Below are positions 28,081 through 37,513 of a stretch of 64,000 bases of DNA, one piece after another. The first letter of the stretch is position 1, and every line of letters begins with the position of its first letter. The DNA is from Gloeobacterales cyanobacterium (GTDB lineage: Bacteria; Cyanobacteriota; Cyanobacteriia; Gloeobacterales; PMM-0068): contig JBBRSB010000001.1 of NCBI GenBank assembly GCA_038245785.1, positions 64,001-128,000 on the forward strand. Direction: 5' to 3'. A program made the position numbers and the translations under genes. The notes beneath the pieces were generated by a model that was not told the origin of the DNA, made no database searches, and worked only from the letters and a program-made list of their open reading frames with translations.

Positions 28081-28481
28081 GGTTTTTGCTCGACACCAAT
28101 ATCTGTATATACATCATTAAACGCAAACCCCAACAGGTCATTGAGCGTTTTAATACCCTTCAGCCATCCGATATTGGCATCTCCTCTATCACCGTGGCAG
28201 AACTAGAATACGGTGCCAGCAAAAGTCAGAAGCCTGAACAGAATAAGGCTGCGTTGCAACAATTTCTGATTCCCCTGGAAATCCTCGTTTTCGATCAACA
28301 AGCGGCTCAAGTCTATGGAACAATCCGAGCTGATCTGGAGCGACAAGGGCAGGTCATCGGCTCTCTAGATATGCTAATTGCAGCACAGGCGAAAAGTGAA
28401 GACATAGTGCTTGTCACTAATAACGTTAGGGAATTTTCGCGGATTCCCGATTTGAAACTGGAGAACTGGGTAGATGGTTAG
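28077..28481 (+). CDS. vapC: VapC PIN-domain toxin
   Basis: LLDTNICI, ITVAELEYG, IGSLDMLIAA, LVTNNVREF. Confidence 0.92.
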   Translation: MRFLLDTNICIYIIKRKPQQVIERFNTLQPSDIGISSITVAELEYGASKSQKPEQNKAALQQFLIPLEILVFDQQAAQVYGTIRADLERQGQVIGSLDMLIAAQAKSEDIVLVTNNVREFSRIPDLKLENWVDG

Positions 28482-28738
28482 ATCTGGGCAATGCTCCAAG
28501 ATCGATGCTGATCCTTTTCGCAATGCTGAAAGCTATACGATTATCATCGCCGCCGCCACCGGCAAACTGAATGTTGGTGAGGAGGGCGCTGCATGACTTT
28601 GTGTGCAGCATGGATACGCCACACCTCCACAGGTGATCAGAAGTTGGTTTTGCCATTTCACAGAGGAAATTTAAGTCTCCCAATTTGAATGCATCAATAG
28701 ATATGACATTGGGTTCTCTAGACCAATCCGTCTAACGC

Positions 28739-29629
28739 TTAATACTCTAAAGCATTAGCCTCTATGCTCATAGTCTTACTTGCTTTTTGCTCATGAATTT
28801 CTAAGTGGCGGTGTAAATACTCTGTGACCAGTCCATGGAGCAATAGGTTGCGTGCAGCACTGAAAGGACTATTCGGCGCTAGAGGATGGCGATTGGTAAT
28901 CAGATGTAGGCCGTCTGCACTGCCCAGCAGGGTGGCGACATAGAGGCCAAAATTTTCATCGAACTGAAGCGATAACACAGCCCGTTCAAATTCTGCGCTG
29001 GTCAGACACAGAGAATAGAAAACTTTAAAGAGTTCTAGGGTTGATTCTAAATCGAGAATCTTCAGCCAGGAACGATTAGAAAAGTCAATGTCTATCTTAA
29101 TCGGTTGCAGACTGTCAAAGGTGATCCCTTCCTCTCTGACCTTTTGAAGCCACTGTGGATGCTCCTGTTGTGCCCTCGCATAATCAAAAACAAAATTGTA
29201 GAGAATCAGGTCATGTTCGAGGAAAGCATTCTCGACTAAATCATCAACAGTATGGGGATAAAGGATAGATCTTTGGATAGCAGGGTCCGGTCCATTATCA
29301 ATCAGAAAATTCACAATATTAGAACCGATACCGAGGTGTCGGACAATCAAATAACAAGCTTCAGGTGAAACAAAAGTATTTAGAAAAAAGGCTGCAGACC
29401 GATGCATAAATGAGTGAGCATTGAACTGAAAAGGCAAGAGGCGCTTGACAGTCATCACCAAGGCTAAGAGCAGGTTGGCCACTGCTTTGATCGGGAGGAG
29501 CAAATAGCTGCGGGTCCAACTCCGTAGATCCTTAATCATATAGGCTTTGACCACTGGATCTAGGGGAAGTGCCTGGTCTAGATAGAGCGCGTCCCAAGCA
29601 TCGGGGTTAAGCCGGTCATGGGGACCCAT
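28739..29629 (-). CDS. Conserved unknown protein (DUF6999-like), translationally coupled to the ketosynthase fusion
   Basis: ATG overlaps the upstream TAA (TAATG at 29631-29627); motifs P.PDAW.ALYLD, LIVRH..IGSNIVNF, FERAVLSLQFDE. Confidence 0.7.
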   Translation of the reverse strand: MGPHDRLNPDAWDALYLDQALPLDPVVKAYMIKDLRSWTRSYLLLPIKAVANLLLALVMTVKRLLPFQFNAHSFMHRSAAFFLNTFVSPEACYLIVRHLGIGSNIVNFLIDNGPDPAIQRSILYPHTVDDLVENAFLEHDLILYNFVFDYARAQQEHPQWLQKVREEGITFDSLQPIKIDIDFSNRSWLKILDLESTLELFKVFYSLCLTSAEFERAVLSLQFDENFGLYVATLLGSADGLHLITNRHPLAPNSPFSAARNLLLHGLVTEYLHRHLEIHEQKASKTMSIEANALEY

Positions 29630-31500
29630 TACTGGATTTCCTCTAACTGCAACCGATAGAGTCGGGCCGTAACCTGAGCCGTCTTCACAATCGCTTGGGC
29701 AATCTCCAAGGTCATCCATTCCGCCTGGACTAAAGCGTTTAATTTACCCAAGTGGGACTCATCGTTATCCCCGTGATAGGCCAAGAAGGAAACCTGTTCC
29801 TGGGTTAAACCAAGGATTTGCTGGATGCGTGTGGCCCATTGCCCAGCCAGTTTATTGCCCAAGCCTTCAATGATGAACATGCTCCCGATAAGGTGAACGG
29901 GATTTTCTTTAGAGGCTTGATGGAAGATGAAGGATGAGAGAGCCTCACTGCCAATATTTTTCTCGGCTTGGGTGATTTCCTCTAACGCACCACCGACTGA
30001 GACATAGTTGCGCTCCAGCATCTGATAGTCGCGATGTTCATCCTGAGCATGACCAATGAAGGTAGAGCGCAGCTGAAAATCCGTCATATTGGAAGCGGCA
30101 CGGGCAATCCAACGGGCCCCTTCCACGACTTGAGGCCGTAGATTTTTTAAGAGGGCTTTGTAATCGGCAAGGGTAAATTCTCCCCGGTTAAGCTTGCGCA
30201 TAATAGGCACCGAGCGAAGATCCCGCTCAAATTCCAGCCAGGTGAGGGCTAATTGACGGAGCAGATATTCGGCAACAGAATTTTCTGGCTGCTGCTGGTC
30301 CAGGGGCGATGCAGCTATCGGCTGTGGCTGGGGAATTAATTCTGATTGAGACACCGGGACTCCTCTTGGTGAAGGTTCTACAACTGTTAGCATCAGATAT
30401 GCGGTAGTGAACCGCCCACTCTCTGGAACAAAACAAAAGATTTTTTGACCTGATTCTAACTTGCCTGAATGAAACAGCTCTTCCAGCATTAAATAAATAG
30501 AAGCACAGCCCGTATTGCCCCGCGTGTAGAGATTGGTAAACCACTTCTCTTCTGGAATCATACAGCCTGCTTTTTCCATCAGTTCTATCGTTTGGCTGCG
30601 GAAGAAGTGAGAAGAATAATGGCAGAGCATCCAATCTATTTCTTTGGGGAGTATTTTTCTATACTCAATTAGTTTTAAGAAACCCTCTACGCCCAGTCTG
30701 ACAATATGTTCTAAAAGACGTACATTTTGACGCAGATTGACAGCACCCGCTTCTGCTGCTTCCACGTAGGAAGGATAATTCATCCAGCTCTTTTGAGCTG
30801 TTTCATTTTCTGCTCCCGCATACATACAAACGGGATAGGCATTGGCATGGGAAACCAACTCAATCCATTCAATTTTTAGGCTGATCCCTTTAGAATTAGG
30901 ATGATTTTTGACTAAGAATGCTCCGGCTCCGTCGGAGAGCATCCAGCGCAGAAATTCAGTATCGAAGGATAGAGCTTTACCTGCTTTGACCCCATGCTCT
31001 GCTTCAAAATTTGAGTTTCTAAATAGACGAGAAGCCAGCTCTGAAGCAACGGAGATGGCGGCTGCTCGCTTGCCTAATTCCACTTGAGCAACGGCATACT
31101 TTAGGGCCGTTACTCCGGCACAACAAACGCCATGGGTCGAAATGATTTCTAAAGGAGGAAATTCAGGCAATTCACCATGAACCATGCTGGCAAATCCTGG
31201 CACCAATAAATCAGGCCAGGTGGTTCCTACACACAGCAAATCAATGGCGGCAGGTTCTAGATTTGCATGAGTCAGGGTATCTCTGACAGCATAGGCAGCC
31301 ATCTGGCTATTGCGATAGGTCGTATTTTGATTCTGGTCTAGCGCATAATAGCGCTGCTGAATACCATTGCTTTTGAGAATGCGATTCTTAACCTTAGACT
31401 TTTGACCATTTACTTTTCCTAAATAGTCTTCCATCTGGTCGTTACTAATCGGGCTGCCCGGTAAAAATTTCCCGATACTATTGATGTAGGCATGGTACAT
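29629..31500 (-). CDS. DarB/StlD-type ketosynthase III fused to a heme-oxygenase-like diiron domain
   Basis: KS triad motifs GVCCAG, CHYSS, GNTGCAS, plus FLRWMLSDGAGA and VPESGRF; C-terminal QVVEGARWI, HAQDEHRDY, IIEGLG, YHGDND..H. Confidence 0.85.
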   Translation of the reverse strand: MYHAYINSIGKFLPGSPISNDQMEDYLGKVNGQKSKVKNRILKSNGIQQRYYALDQNQNTTYRNSQMAAYAVRDTLTHANLEPAAIDLLCVGTTWPDLLVPGFASMVHGELPEFPPLEIISTHGVCCAGVTALKYAVAQVELGKRAAAISVASELASRLFRNSNFEAEHGVKAGKALSFDTEFLRWMLSDGAGAFLVKNHPNSKGISLKIEWIELVSHANAYPVCMYAGAENETAQKSWMNYPSYVEAAEAGAVNLRQNVRLLEHIVRLGVEGFLKLIEYRKILPKEIDWMLCHYSSHFFRSQTIELMEKAGCMIPEEKWFTNLYTRGNTGCASIYLMLEELFHSGKLESGQKIFCFVPESGRFTTAYLMLTVVEPSPRGVPVSQSELIPQPQPIAASPLDQQQPENSVAEYLLRQLALTWLEFERDLRSVPIMRKLNRGEFTLADYKALLKNLRPQVVEGARWIARAASNMTDFQLRSTFIGHAQDEHRDYQMLERNYVSVGGALEEITQAEKNIGSEALSSFIFHQASKENPVHLIGSMFIIEGLGNKLAGQWATRIQQILGLTQEQVSFLAYHGDNDESHLGKLNALVQAEWMTLEIAQAIVKTAQVTARLYRLQLEEIQ

Positions 31501-31578
31501 TGCGATCTTCTTGATGGGAAAACTTTACGGAGAGAAGATAAGAAGTTAAACTTAGCTGCGGTATAAGCTTTGATTACT

Positions 31579-32070
31579 ATGGTGTATCAAGTGGATAACC
31601 AATCTGAAAGCTTGACCTTGGAGCAAGGACTAAAGAAATACTATCAAGCTAATCCTGACTTTGTACAGAACAAAGACTTTTGGGTTGGTTGGATACATAT
31701 TCCCTGGTGTGATATGCATCGGCATGACATCATGCATGTTGTTACAGGCTATAGCACTGAACTGGATCAAGAGCTGCAGCTGATTGGCTTTTTACTAACC
31801 GCAATTACCTGGCGGAGACCCTGGTACTACTATCTTCAAAGCTTTGGTGTGTTCTTAGAACTATTGGGCAAGTCCTTCGGCGGAAAATCCCTCGGATCTA
31901 CTTACTACAATCCCCTCAAGGTTTGCCGACTATATTTCAAAGGAGTAGCTCAGGGCTTTACCGTATCTCAAAAGATCAACGCCTACATTGAGCCCAGCAC
32001 CGTCCTGAACCGCCACCTACACTCTATTAGAGCCGAATACGGTATCGATAATGCAGGTGCCTGGGATTGA
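31579..32070 (+). CDS. Coq4-like metal-binding protein
   Basis: HDIMHVVTGYST...E matches the HDxxH(x)nE pattern. Confidence 0.55.
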   Translation: MVYQVDNQSESLTLEQGLKKYYQANPDFVQNKDFWVGWIHIPWCDMHRHDIMHVVTGYSTELDQELQLIGFLLTAITWRRPWYYYLQSFGVFLELLGKSFGGKSLGSTYYNPLKVCRLYFKGVAQGFTVSQKINAYIEPSTVLNRHLHSIRAEYGIDNAGAWD

Positions 32071-32074
32071 GTCT

Positions 32075-32455
32075 TTATGAGGGCAAACGTCTCAAAAACC
32101 AGTCATAGAGCAGTTCAGGCAAGGGTGCGGGCTGCCAAGAAAATCTCATTTCTTCACAAATTCGGATCCCCATAGGCGTGAGTCGGAAAGAATTGGTAAT
32201 CCCTTGACCATCTACTTCCCGGCGGAGAACCCCAACACGAATCAGCCAGAGGAGTTCATCTTCCACTTCGAGTAGTCTGACACTCCTCTGAGTAAAACCC
32301 TTTTGCTGTCCCACTTCTCCAACAAAATTTTGGAGCGGAATGCTTCCTGAAACCATCTTCCGGGTAGCCTCAGAAGTCAGTACCGAGCTCAGGAGTGCCC
32401 GTTTGGCTCTATCAAGGGTACTTTGAGGCGGGTTCAAGAGAAAAGATGGACGCAT
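32075..32455 (-). CDS. Npun_F0494-family conserved cyanobacterial protein
   Basis: ELLWLIRVGVLRREVDGQGITNSFRLTPMG. Confidence 0.85.
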   Translation of the reverse strand: MRPSFLLNPPQSTLDRAKRALLSSVLTSEATRKMVSGSIPLQNFVGEVGQQKGFTQRSVRLLEVEDELLWLIRVGVLRREVDGQGITNSFRLTPMGIRICEEMRFSWQPAPLPELLYDWFLRRLPS

Positions 32456-32670
32456 GCGCTTTTCTTAAAGATGCTTAATATAATTTTACTATGGTTCTCA
32501 CAGTCCTTATTCTTGTAACGCTGGGAAGTTGGGCCGTGTACCTACTTCAGAAAGGCTACCACCGCAAAGAGGCAGCCTTTATTTTGGCAGGCACTTTAGT
32601 CAGTGCCACAGCAGGAGCTGTGCTCTATGTTCACCATTTAATGTCTCAAGTCTGGGCTCACTTGGGCTAG

Positions 32671-33864
32671 CTAAATTGCTCCCCATATCCAAAGAGCTAC
32701 CTGACGACAGAGAGACGCCGCTGTCAGACCAGCATAGGTGCCAATTACATTTCCTAAAATCGCCATTAATAGGCCCACAGGCGCTAAGCCTGCGCGGTAG
32801 GTCTCTGCCACAATCGGGGTTGAAACTACGCCTCCTGTGTTTGCCTGAGAACCTGCGGCAAACAGGGCCATCGGAATCCGCAACCATCGAGCAACAACAA
32901 GTAGAATGCCTGCATGGAAGGCAATCCAGACGACTCCAGCCACCAGAAATAACGGAAATTGACGAATCTGAGCGAGGTCACCCTGAGCGCCCAAGGCTGC
33001 AACTACGAGGTAGAGCATGCCGTTTCCTAGTTTAGAAGCCCCAGCATTTTCAAAGACGCGTAAGGGGCTAAGAGAGAGTAAAAGTCCGACAGAAGTAACG
33101 ATCAGGAAGCCCCAAGTTTTGTGAGAGATGATGGCTCCCAGCTCTGGAAGCGCTTTTCCGGCAGCAAAAGATAGCCAACCAATGCTAAAAGCCAAACCCA
33201 AGAGAATCATCAAGGTAGGCGTCGTCAGAGGTTTAGCCGCTTGCTGAGCAGCTTGGCGGTCATTGGTAGCTTGAGCAAGGGCTTCTAAGGTTTTGGGGTC
33301 TGCCCTGGTAAAACGGTCAAATTGATCCTGATAACGACTACAGAAGAGCAAAATCAAGGTCCAGCTATAGCCCACCAAAAAATCCATCCCTACCGCTACC
33401 CCAAAAATCGTATCTGGGGTTTTGATACTTTCTTTGACAGCCAACATATTGGCAAACCCTCCGGTCCAGGAACCGGATAGAGCACCTAAGGCAGACCAAG
33501 CATCCACAGGCAGCCATCGCCCAAAAATCAATAGAACTAAGGGCGCTCCCAGGACGATGCCCACACTTCCGAGCAAGGTCATAATCAGGGCTGGACGACC
33601 AATCTTAAAGACTCCGGCCAGATCGGTGCCGAGGAGCAAAAGGACTAAAGCGGCAGGTAATAGAGTCCCAGAAAGCAAGGGGTAAAGAGGAGAATCCTTT
33701 GGTGTTATGCCTAGCGCCGTCATGCCTGCGGGTAGGGCATAGATCCAAACTACTGGAGGAACGAGGTCAAAAAGATTCTTGAGTACTTTTTGTTCAGATA
33801 GCCAGAAAACAAGTGCAATAAAGCCTAGGAACCAAGCCAGAAGAGCAGTAGGGTCAGAAATCAA
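32671..33864 (-). CDS. DUF819-family membrane protein
   Basis: GSWTGGFANMLA, SQANTGG, many TM segments. Confidence 0.85.
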   Translation of the reverse strand: MISDPTALLAWFLGFIALVFWLSEQKVLKNLFDLVPPVVWIYALPAGMTALGITPKDSPLYPLLSGTLLPAALVLLLLGTDLAGVFKIGRPALIMTLLGSVGIVLGAPLVLLIFGRWLPVDAWSALGALSGSWTGGFANMLAVKESIKTPDTIFGVAVGMDFLVGYSWTLILLFCSRYQDQFDRFTRADPKTLEALAQATNDRQAAQQAAKPLTTPTLMILLGLAFSIGWLSFAAGKALPELGAIISHKTWGFLIVTSVGLLLSLSPLRVFENAGASKLGNGMLYLVVAALGAQGDLAQIRQFPLFLVAGVVWIAFHAGILLVVARWLRIPMALFAAGSQANTGGVVSTPIVAETYRAGLAPVGLLMAILGNVIGTYAGLTAASLCRQVALWIWGAI

Positions 33865-34042
33865 AGCAAGTAGCCCTTAGAACTAGGGTTAGCTTACCCT
33901 ATACCCTACTATTTTGTGCTTGGCTAAATGCTCCCCATTGAGATGCTTGGGACCGTACAATTACTTGCGCATTAGCCTATGGCATTTTGATGAATCAGAG
34001 TGAGCTGGGATAGGTCTAATCTTCCAATGAATTTTTATCCCT

Positions 34043-34075
34043 AATACCCCGTCCGCTTGTGGTGAAGAGTGTCAA
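34043..34075 (+). mobile_element. Probable IS200/IS605-family right-end remnant
   Basis: AATACCCCGTCCGCTTGTGGTGAAGAGTGTCAA: degenerate hairpin ending in GAGTGTCAA; no tnpA or tnpB nearby. Confidence 0.4.
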
Positions 34076-34363
34076 TAAGGGATTTCAATGGAACAGCTCA
34101 ATTCCCTATGGGCTTATTTGACGAAAATGCAATTAACAAGGTCGATTCCCCTCGTTTTGCTGCAATAGACTTGCGATTGCTTGCTCTTCGTGCTGAGGCA
34201 AAACGTTCCACGTTCAACTAAAGACTTAAGTTTAAATACCTAGCACATCAACGAAAGTAGGTAATCTCAGCTAACTTTCGTTGAGCATAGTCAAGACGTT
34301 TTTCAGATGTTTTTTCCGCTTAAATTTCTAAGATAAGACAATAAATACAGGAAATACTACCTA

Positions 34364-35089
34364 ATGGAAATTGCAACCAGCCCAGACACATCCAAATCAG
34401 TTACCAACTTGAAAGCTAAAGCCCATGAGAGTCTTGCTCCATCATCCTCAACGATCTTCAGAAAGCTGAAATGGGCTTATTTCGTAGGTGCTTCCGCCCT
34501 TATTTCTACTGCACTGATCGGTACTGCAGCCCATGCCCAAACCCCAGAGAAGCAAGCCCTGAAGTTTGATATGGTGCGTTCAGCTGGAGTGGTGAAAGCG
34601 GGATGTGTAGTTGAGGCATCCGCAAAAGTAAGGATTGTGTCCAGAGGTCCTGTTGAGATCATGGATGTGAAGGTCAAGGGGTTACCACCCAAAACCAACT
34701 TCGATTTCTTTGTAATTCAAGTGCCTAACGCACCCTTCGGCCTGTCTTGGTATCAAGGCGACATCGAAACGAATGAAGAGGGAGAGGGCTTCCAGCGATT
34801 CGTCGGACGCTTCAACGAAGAGACCTTCATCGTAGCGCCTGGGTCTGCGCCTGCCCCGTTGGTGCACAGCTCGCCCATTCCCGATGCCACGATGAATCCG
34901 CCAACAGGCCCGGTCCATACGTTCCATCTAGGGCTCTGGTTCAACTCACCAGAAGATGCAGCGAAGGCAGGATGCCCGAACACTCTGACCCCCTTCAACG
35001 GGGAGCATAATGCAGGCATCCAGGTCTTGAACACGAGCAATTTCGCTGATGGAGAAGGACCGCTAATCCAAGTAAAACCAAAGCCCTGA
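34364..35089 (+). CDS. Hypothetical exported protein
   Basis: AHA signal-like site; motifs FFVIQVPNAPFGLSWYQGD, HLGLWF, PFNGEHNAG. Confidence 0.75.
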   Translation: MEIATSPDTSKSVTNLKAKAHESLAPSSSTIFRKLKWAYFVGASALISTALIGTAAHAQTPEKQALKFDMVRSAGVVKAGCVVEASAKVRIVSRGPVEIMDVKVKGLPPKTNFDFFVIQVPNAPFGLSWYQGDIETNEEGEGFQRFVGRFNEETFIVAPGSAPAPLVHSSPIPDATMNPPTGPVHTFHLGLWFNSPEDAAKAGCPNTLTPFNGEHNAGIQVLNTSNFADGEGPLIQVKPKP

Positions 35090-35505
35090 TTCTAAAATTG
35101 AAAGAATCGTCCTATCAGCAAGTGAGGGGCAAGATTGACAAACTGTTTTCTTTTTGCTTCCGTAAAAAGAAGTGGTTTAGTCAAGCTGGAAAAGTATGAT
35201 TTTGCCCCCTCGCTTTCATAGCGCAGCCAATGATACGTGTCTTGCTTTTGTTAGACCGATAAGGTTTGGCTAAGATTTCTGATGCTTAAAAAACTTTTAC
35301 GGATGTGGGTGATCTATCTAACACGCTCCAGCGTGCATATAGCAGAACCAAAGAATTGAAGTTAGAGACTACACCAATCATAAGTCTAGCAACCAACAAT
35401 AAGGAGATAAAACATGTATCCATATATAGTCGGCTCCGTGGGTGGAGATCTCCGTCGATATAGTCAGGCAACAGAAAGCAGAGCCCGACATCTAACTTCA
35501 CCACC

Positions 35506-35629
35506 GCCTAACCCCTCTCTCAACTCGGACCCTGCCTGCTGTGCCTTCCGTTCTCTCTCAGCTTCCCGCTTCCTCGACTCTGCTCAGCGCCTCGGTGCAG
35601 ACGTGGCCGGTTAGCTTCTTTCGTTAGCC
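35506..35629 (+). mobile_element. Integron attC site
   Basis: R'' GCCTAAC and R' GTTAGCC; CTCAACTCGGACC pairs with GGCCGGTTAG once three extrahelical bases are removed. Confidence 0.85.
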
Positions 35630-35673
35630 ATCACTTAATAAATAACCTTTAGCTCTTGTGTACGGAGGAAGCT

Positions 35674-36035
35674 ATGCGAGTGTCATTTGGTAGCATGACA
35701 GCCAATGCGTGGGGAAGAAGTTTTCTACGTCATTTCGCTACTGAAGTGAACGCAGCTGTCCCCAAGGAGAGCTATGACCTCGTGGAACGAAACCGTGCTG
35801 CTGCCCAACTCCTCTTCAGTAGTCGCCGTCAAACATTGCCAGAATCACAAGCACGAACAATTCTTGAGATGTGTTCTCTTTTACTGGCTGGCTAAAGAGA
35901 GCTGGGAGCGACGCTAGGCGATTCGCAGACAGCGTTCAATATTGTCAAAGCAGCGTTTCATCAGACGTACCAGACGCTCGCCAAATTCATGTACCGCCCA
36001 TTGCTGTGGTTCTCACGCGATCCAATGAAGCTGAA
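35674..36035 (+). pseudogene. Broken cassette gene with internal TAA at 35893-35895, truncated at the 3' end (end approximate)
   Basis: GGAGG RBS and ATG just after attC; frame continues past TAA as RELGATLGDSQTAFNIVKAAF...LLWFSRDP. Confidence 0.55.
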
Positions 36036-36127
36036 GTGTTTTTGCTACAGCTATCAGGGGTTCTAGCCTTTTTGGCTTTCCCAAAAGGGTTATCCTCATC
36101 TGAGCCATGCCAAGGATTGGCCCTTCT

Positions 36128-36310
36128 TCAGGAATTGCTTTGCAACCAATCGGTCAGGTTAGACAACTGGGCGAAACCTAGAAGCGCTTCACCCAAAGCT
36201 TTAAGCTGCAGCAGGGATAGCGCTTGGATTTGCACCTTAACGCTCGTGGGTAGGTTGCCGAGCCTTCGGGTTAGTTGGCGCAGGACGAGCCTGACTTCAC
36301 CCGTTTCGAC
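36128..36310 (-). pseudogene. DUF4351-like C-terminal domain fragment
   Basis: LVLRQLTRRLG.LP...IQALS..QL.ALGEALL.F..L..L..WL. Confidence 0.7.
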
Positions 36311-36519
36311 GCAAACTCGCAACTTTCGCTGCTTGTAGGTTGAACTGACTCGTCTCTGTGGCCCCATTTCTCGCCCTACGGCGTACAGCCGTTAGCCATT
36401 ATCCTGCTCTGTACAGCCCGTACTTTTCTCTCCCTAACCAGTTAGGCAGCGACTGTCTGGCCAACTTTGGTGCATTTCAACATGTTGCGAGGCATTCATA
36501 ACTAAAGTAAGCTAACTCT

Positions 36520-37001
36520 ATGTTTTATATTGATCTATTTAGCACATTGCAACGCTATCAGGTACAGTACGTGCTGATTGGCGGGCTAGCTGTTTCTTTG
36601 CACGGCGTAGAGCGCACTGCGATGGATATTGACATCACGGTTGCCGTGCAACCCGATAACCTGAACGCCCTGATTGCAATGGCACAAGCACTTAAATTAA
36701 GCCCCGTATTGCCTGTACCGCTTGAGAGTTTACTTGACTTAAATTTACTCAAAAAATGGCATGATGAGCGCAATCTAAAAGCCTTTGAACTTAAAACAGA
36801 TGAACTGACTGGCGTAACACTTGATATACTCCTTCTTCCACCGATTGATTTTGCAGGTATAGCCGTGCAGTGATTTTTGACATTGCTAATACCCAAGTAA
36901 AAGTGGCTGCAATTGATGATTTAATTGCCATGAAAAGCGTTGTGGGGCGCGAAATCGATTTAATGGATATTGAACATTTGAATACGATTAAACACTTATG
37001 A
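36520..37001 (+). pseudogene. Nucleotidyltransferase (DUF6036-like), frameshifted near 36860
   Basis: YVLIGGLAVSLHGVERTAMDID in one frame; VKVAAIDDLIAMK...GREIDLMDIEHL in another frame to TGA at 37001. Confidence 0.8.
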
Positions 37002-37165
37002 ATGCACCAGCCGACCCATTAAAAACAGAAACAAGAGCTTATAAAGTAAGTCGCGAGCGCTTAATTGCATTCAAAGCACTCACCGCATCACAGCGATTGC
37101 AGTGGGTTGAAGAATCCGCCGCATTTTTGCGCTTAGCCAAAACTAGCCGTGAAGCAAATAAATAG
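36998..37165 (+). CDS. 55-aa partner protein of the nucleotidyltransferase
   Basis: ATGA overlap; MNAPADPLKTETRAYKVSRERLIAFKALTASQRLQWVEESAAFLRLAKTSREANK. Confidence 0.6.
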   Translation: MNAPADPLKTETRAYKVSRERLIAFKALTASQRLQWVEESAAFLRLAKTSREANK

Positions 37166-37513
37166 CCATGCTGCACAAGAATTTACAAATTAAAGGAGTC
37201 TGACCCCATTGATTTCAAGTTGAAATTTCTTTAGAAGGTTGACTGCACTTATAAGCAGTATTATGGTTTGGCATGGCTAACTTGGCCCATTTTCATTTAT
37301 TTTGTTCAATGAGTGAACCTGAGCTTGGATAAGGCTAATTTTCCAATAGGTTTTAACTACAGATAGTGTTATAAGAAGCTTTATTAGAGCACACAGCGAG
37401 TGAGCCTTTGCTCCAACGTAAAGAAATTCTAAAAAAGATTAAGAGAAGCTGCGAAGTCTGAGCGCACTCATTTTTTTCTTCGACCATATAAGTATAAGTA
37501 TTAAGTCATCGAT

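Noticed and set aside
28426..28683. 85-aa minus-strand ORF
   Set aside because: Overlaps the vapC end and has no recognisable motif; may be a fragment but cannot be supported
32529..33035. 168-aa plus-strand ORF and similar antisense ORFs throughout
   Set aside because: Shadow frames of well-supported genes on the opposite strand
35414..35614. 66-aa ORF running through attC
   Set aside because: Much of it is a translation of the attC itself; probably spurious despite an RBS-like sequence
36128..36367. Integrase remnant on the minus strand
   Set aside because: No tyrosine-recombinase motifs; the recognisable part is DUF4351-like
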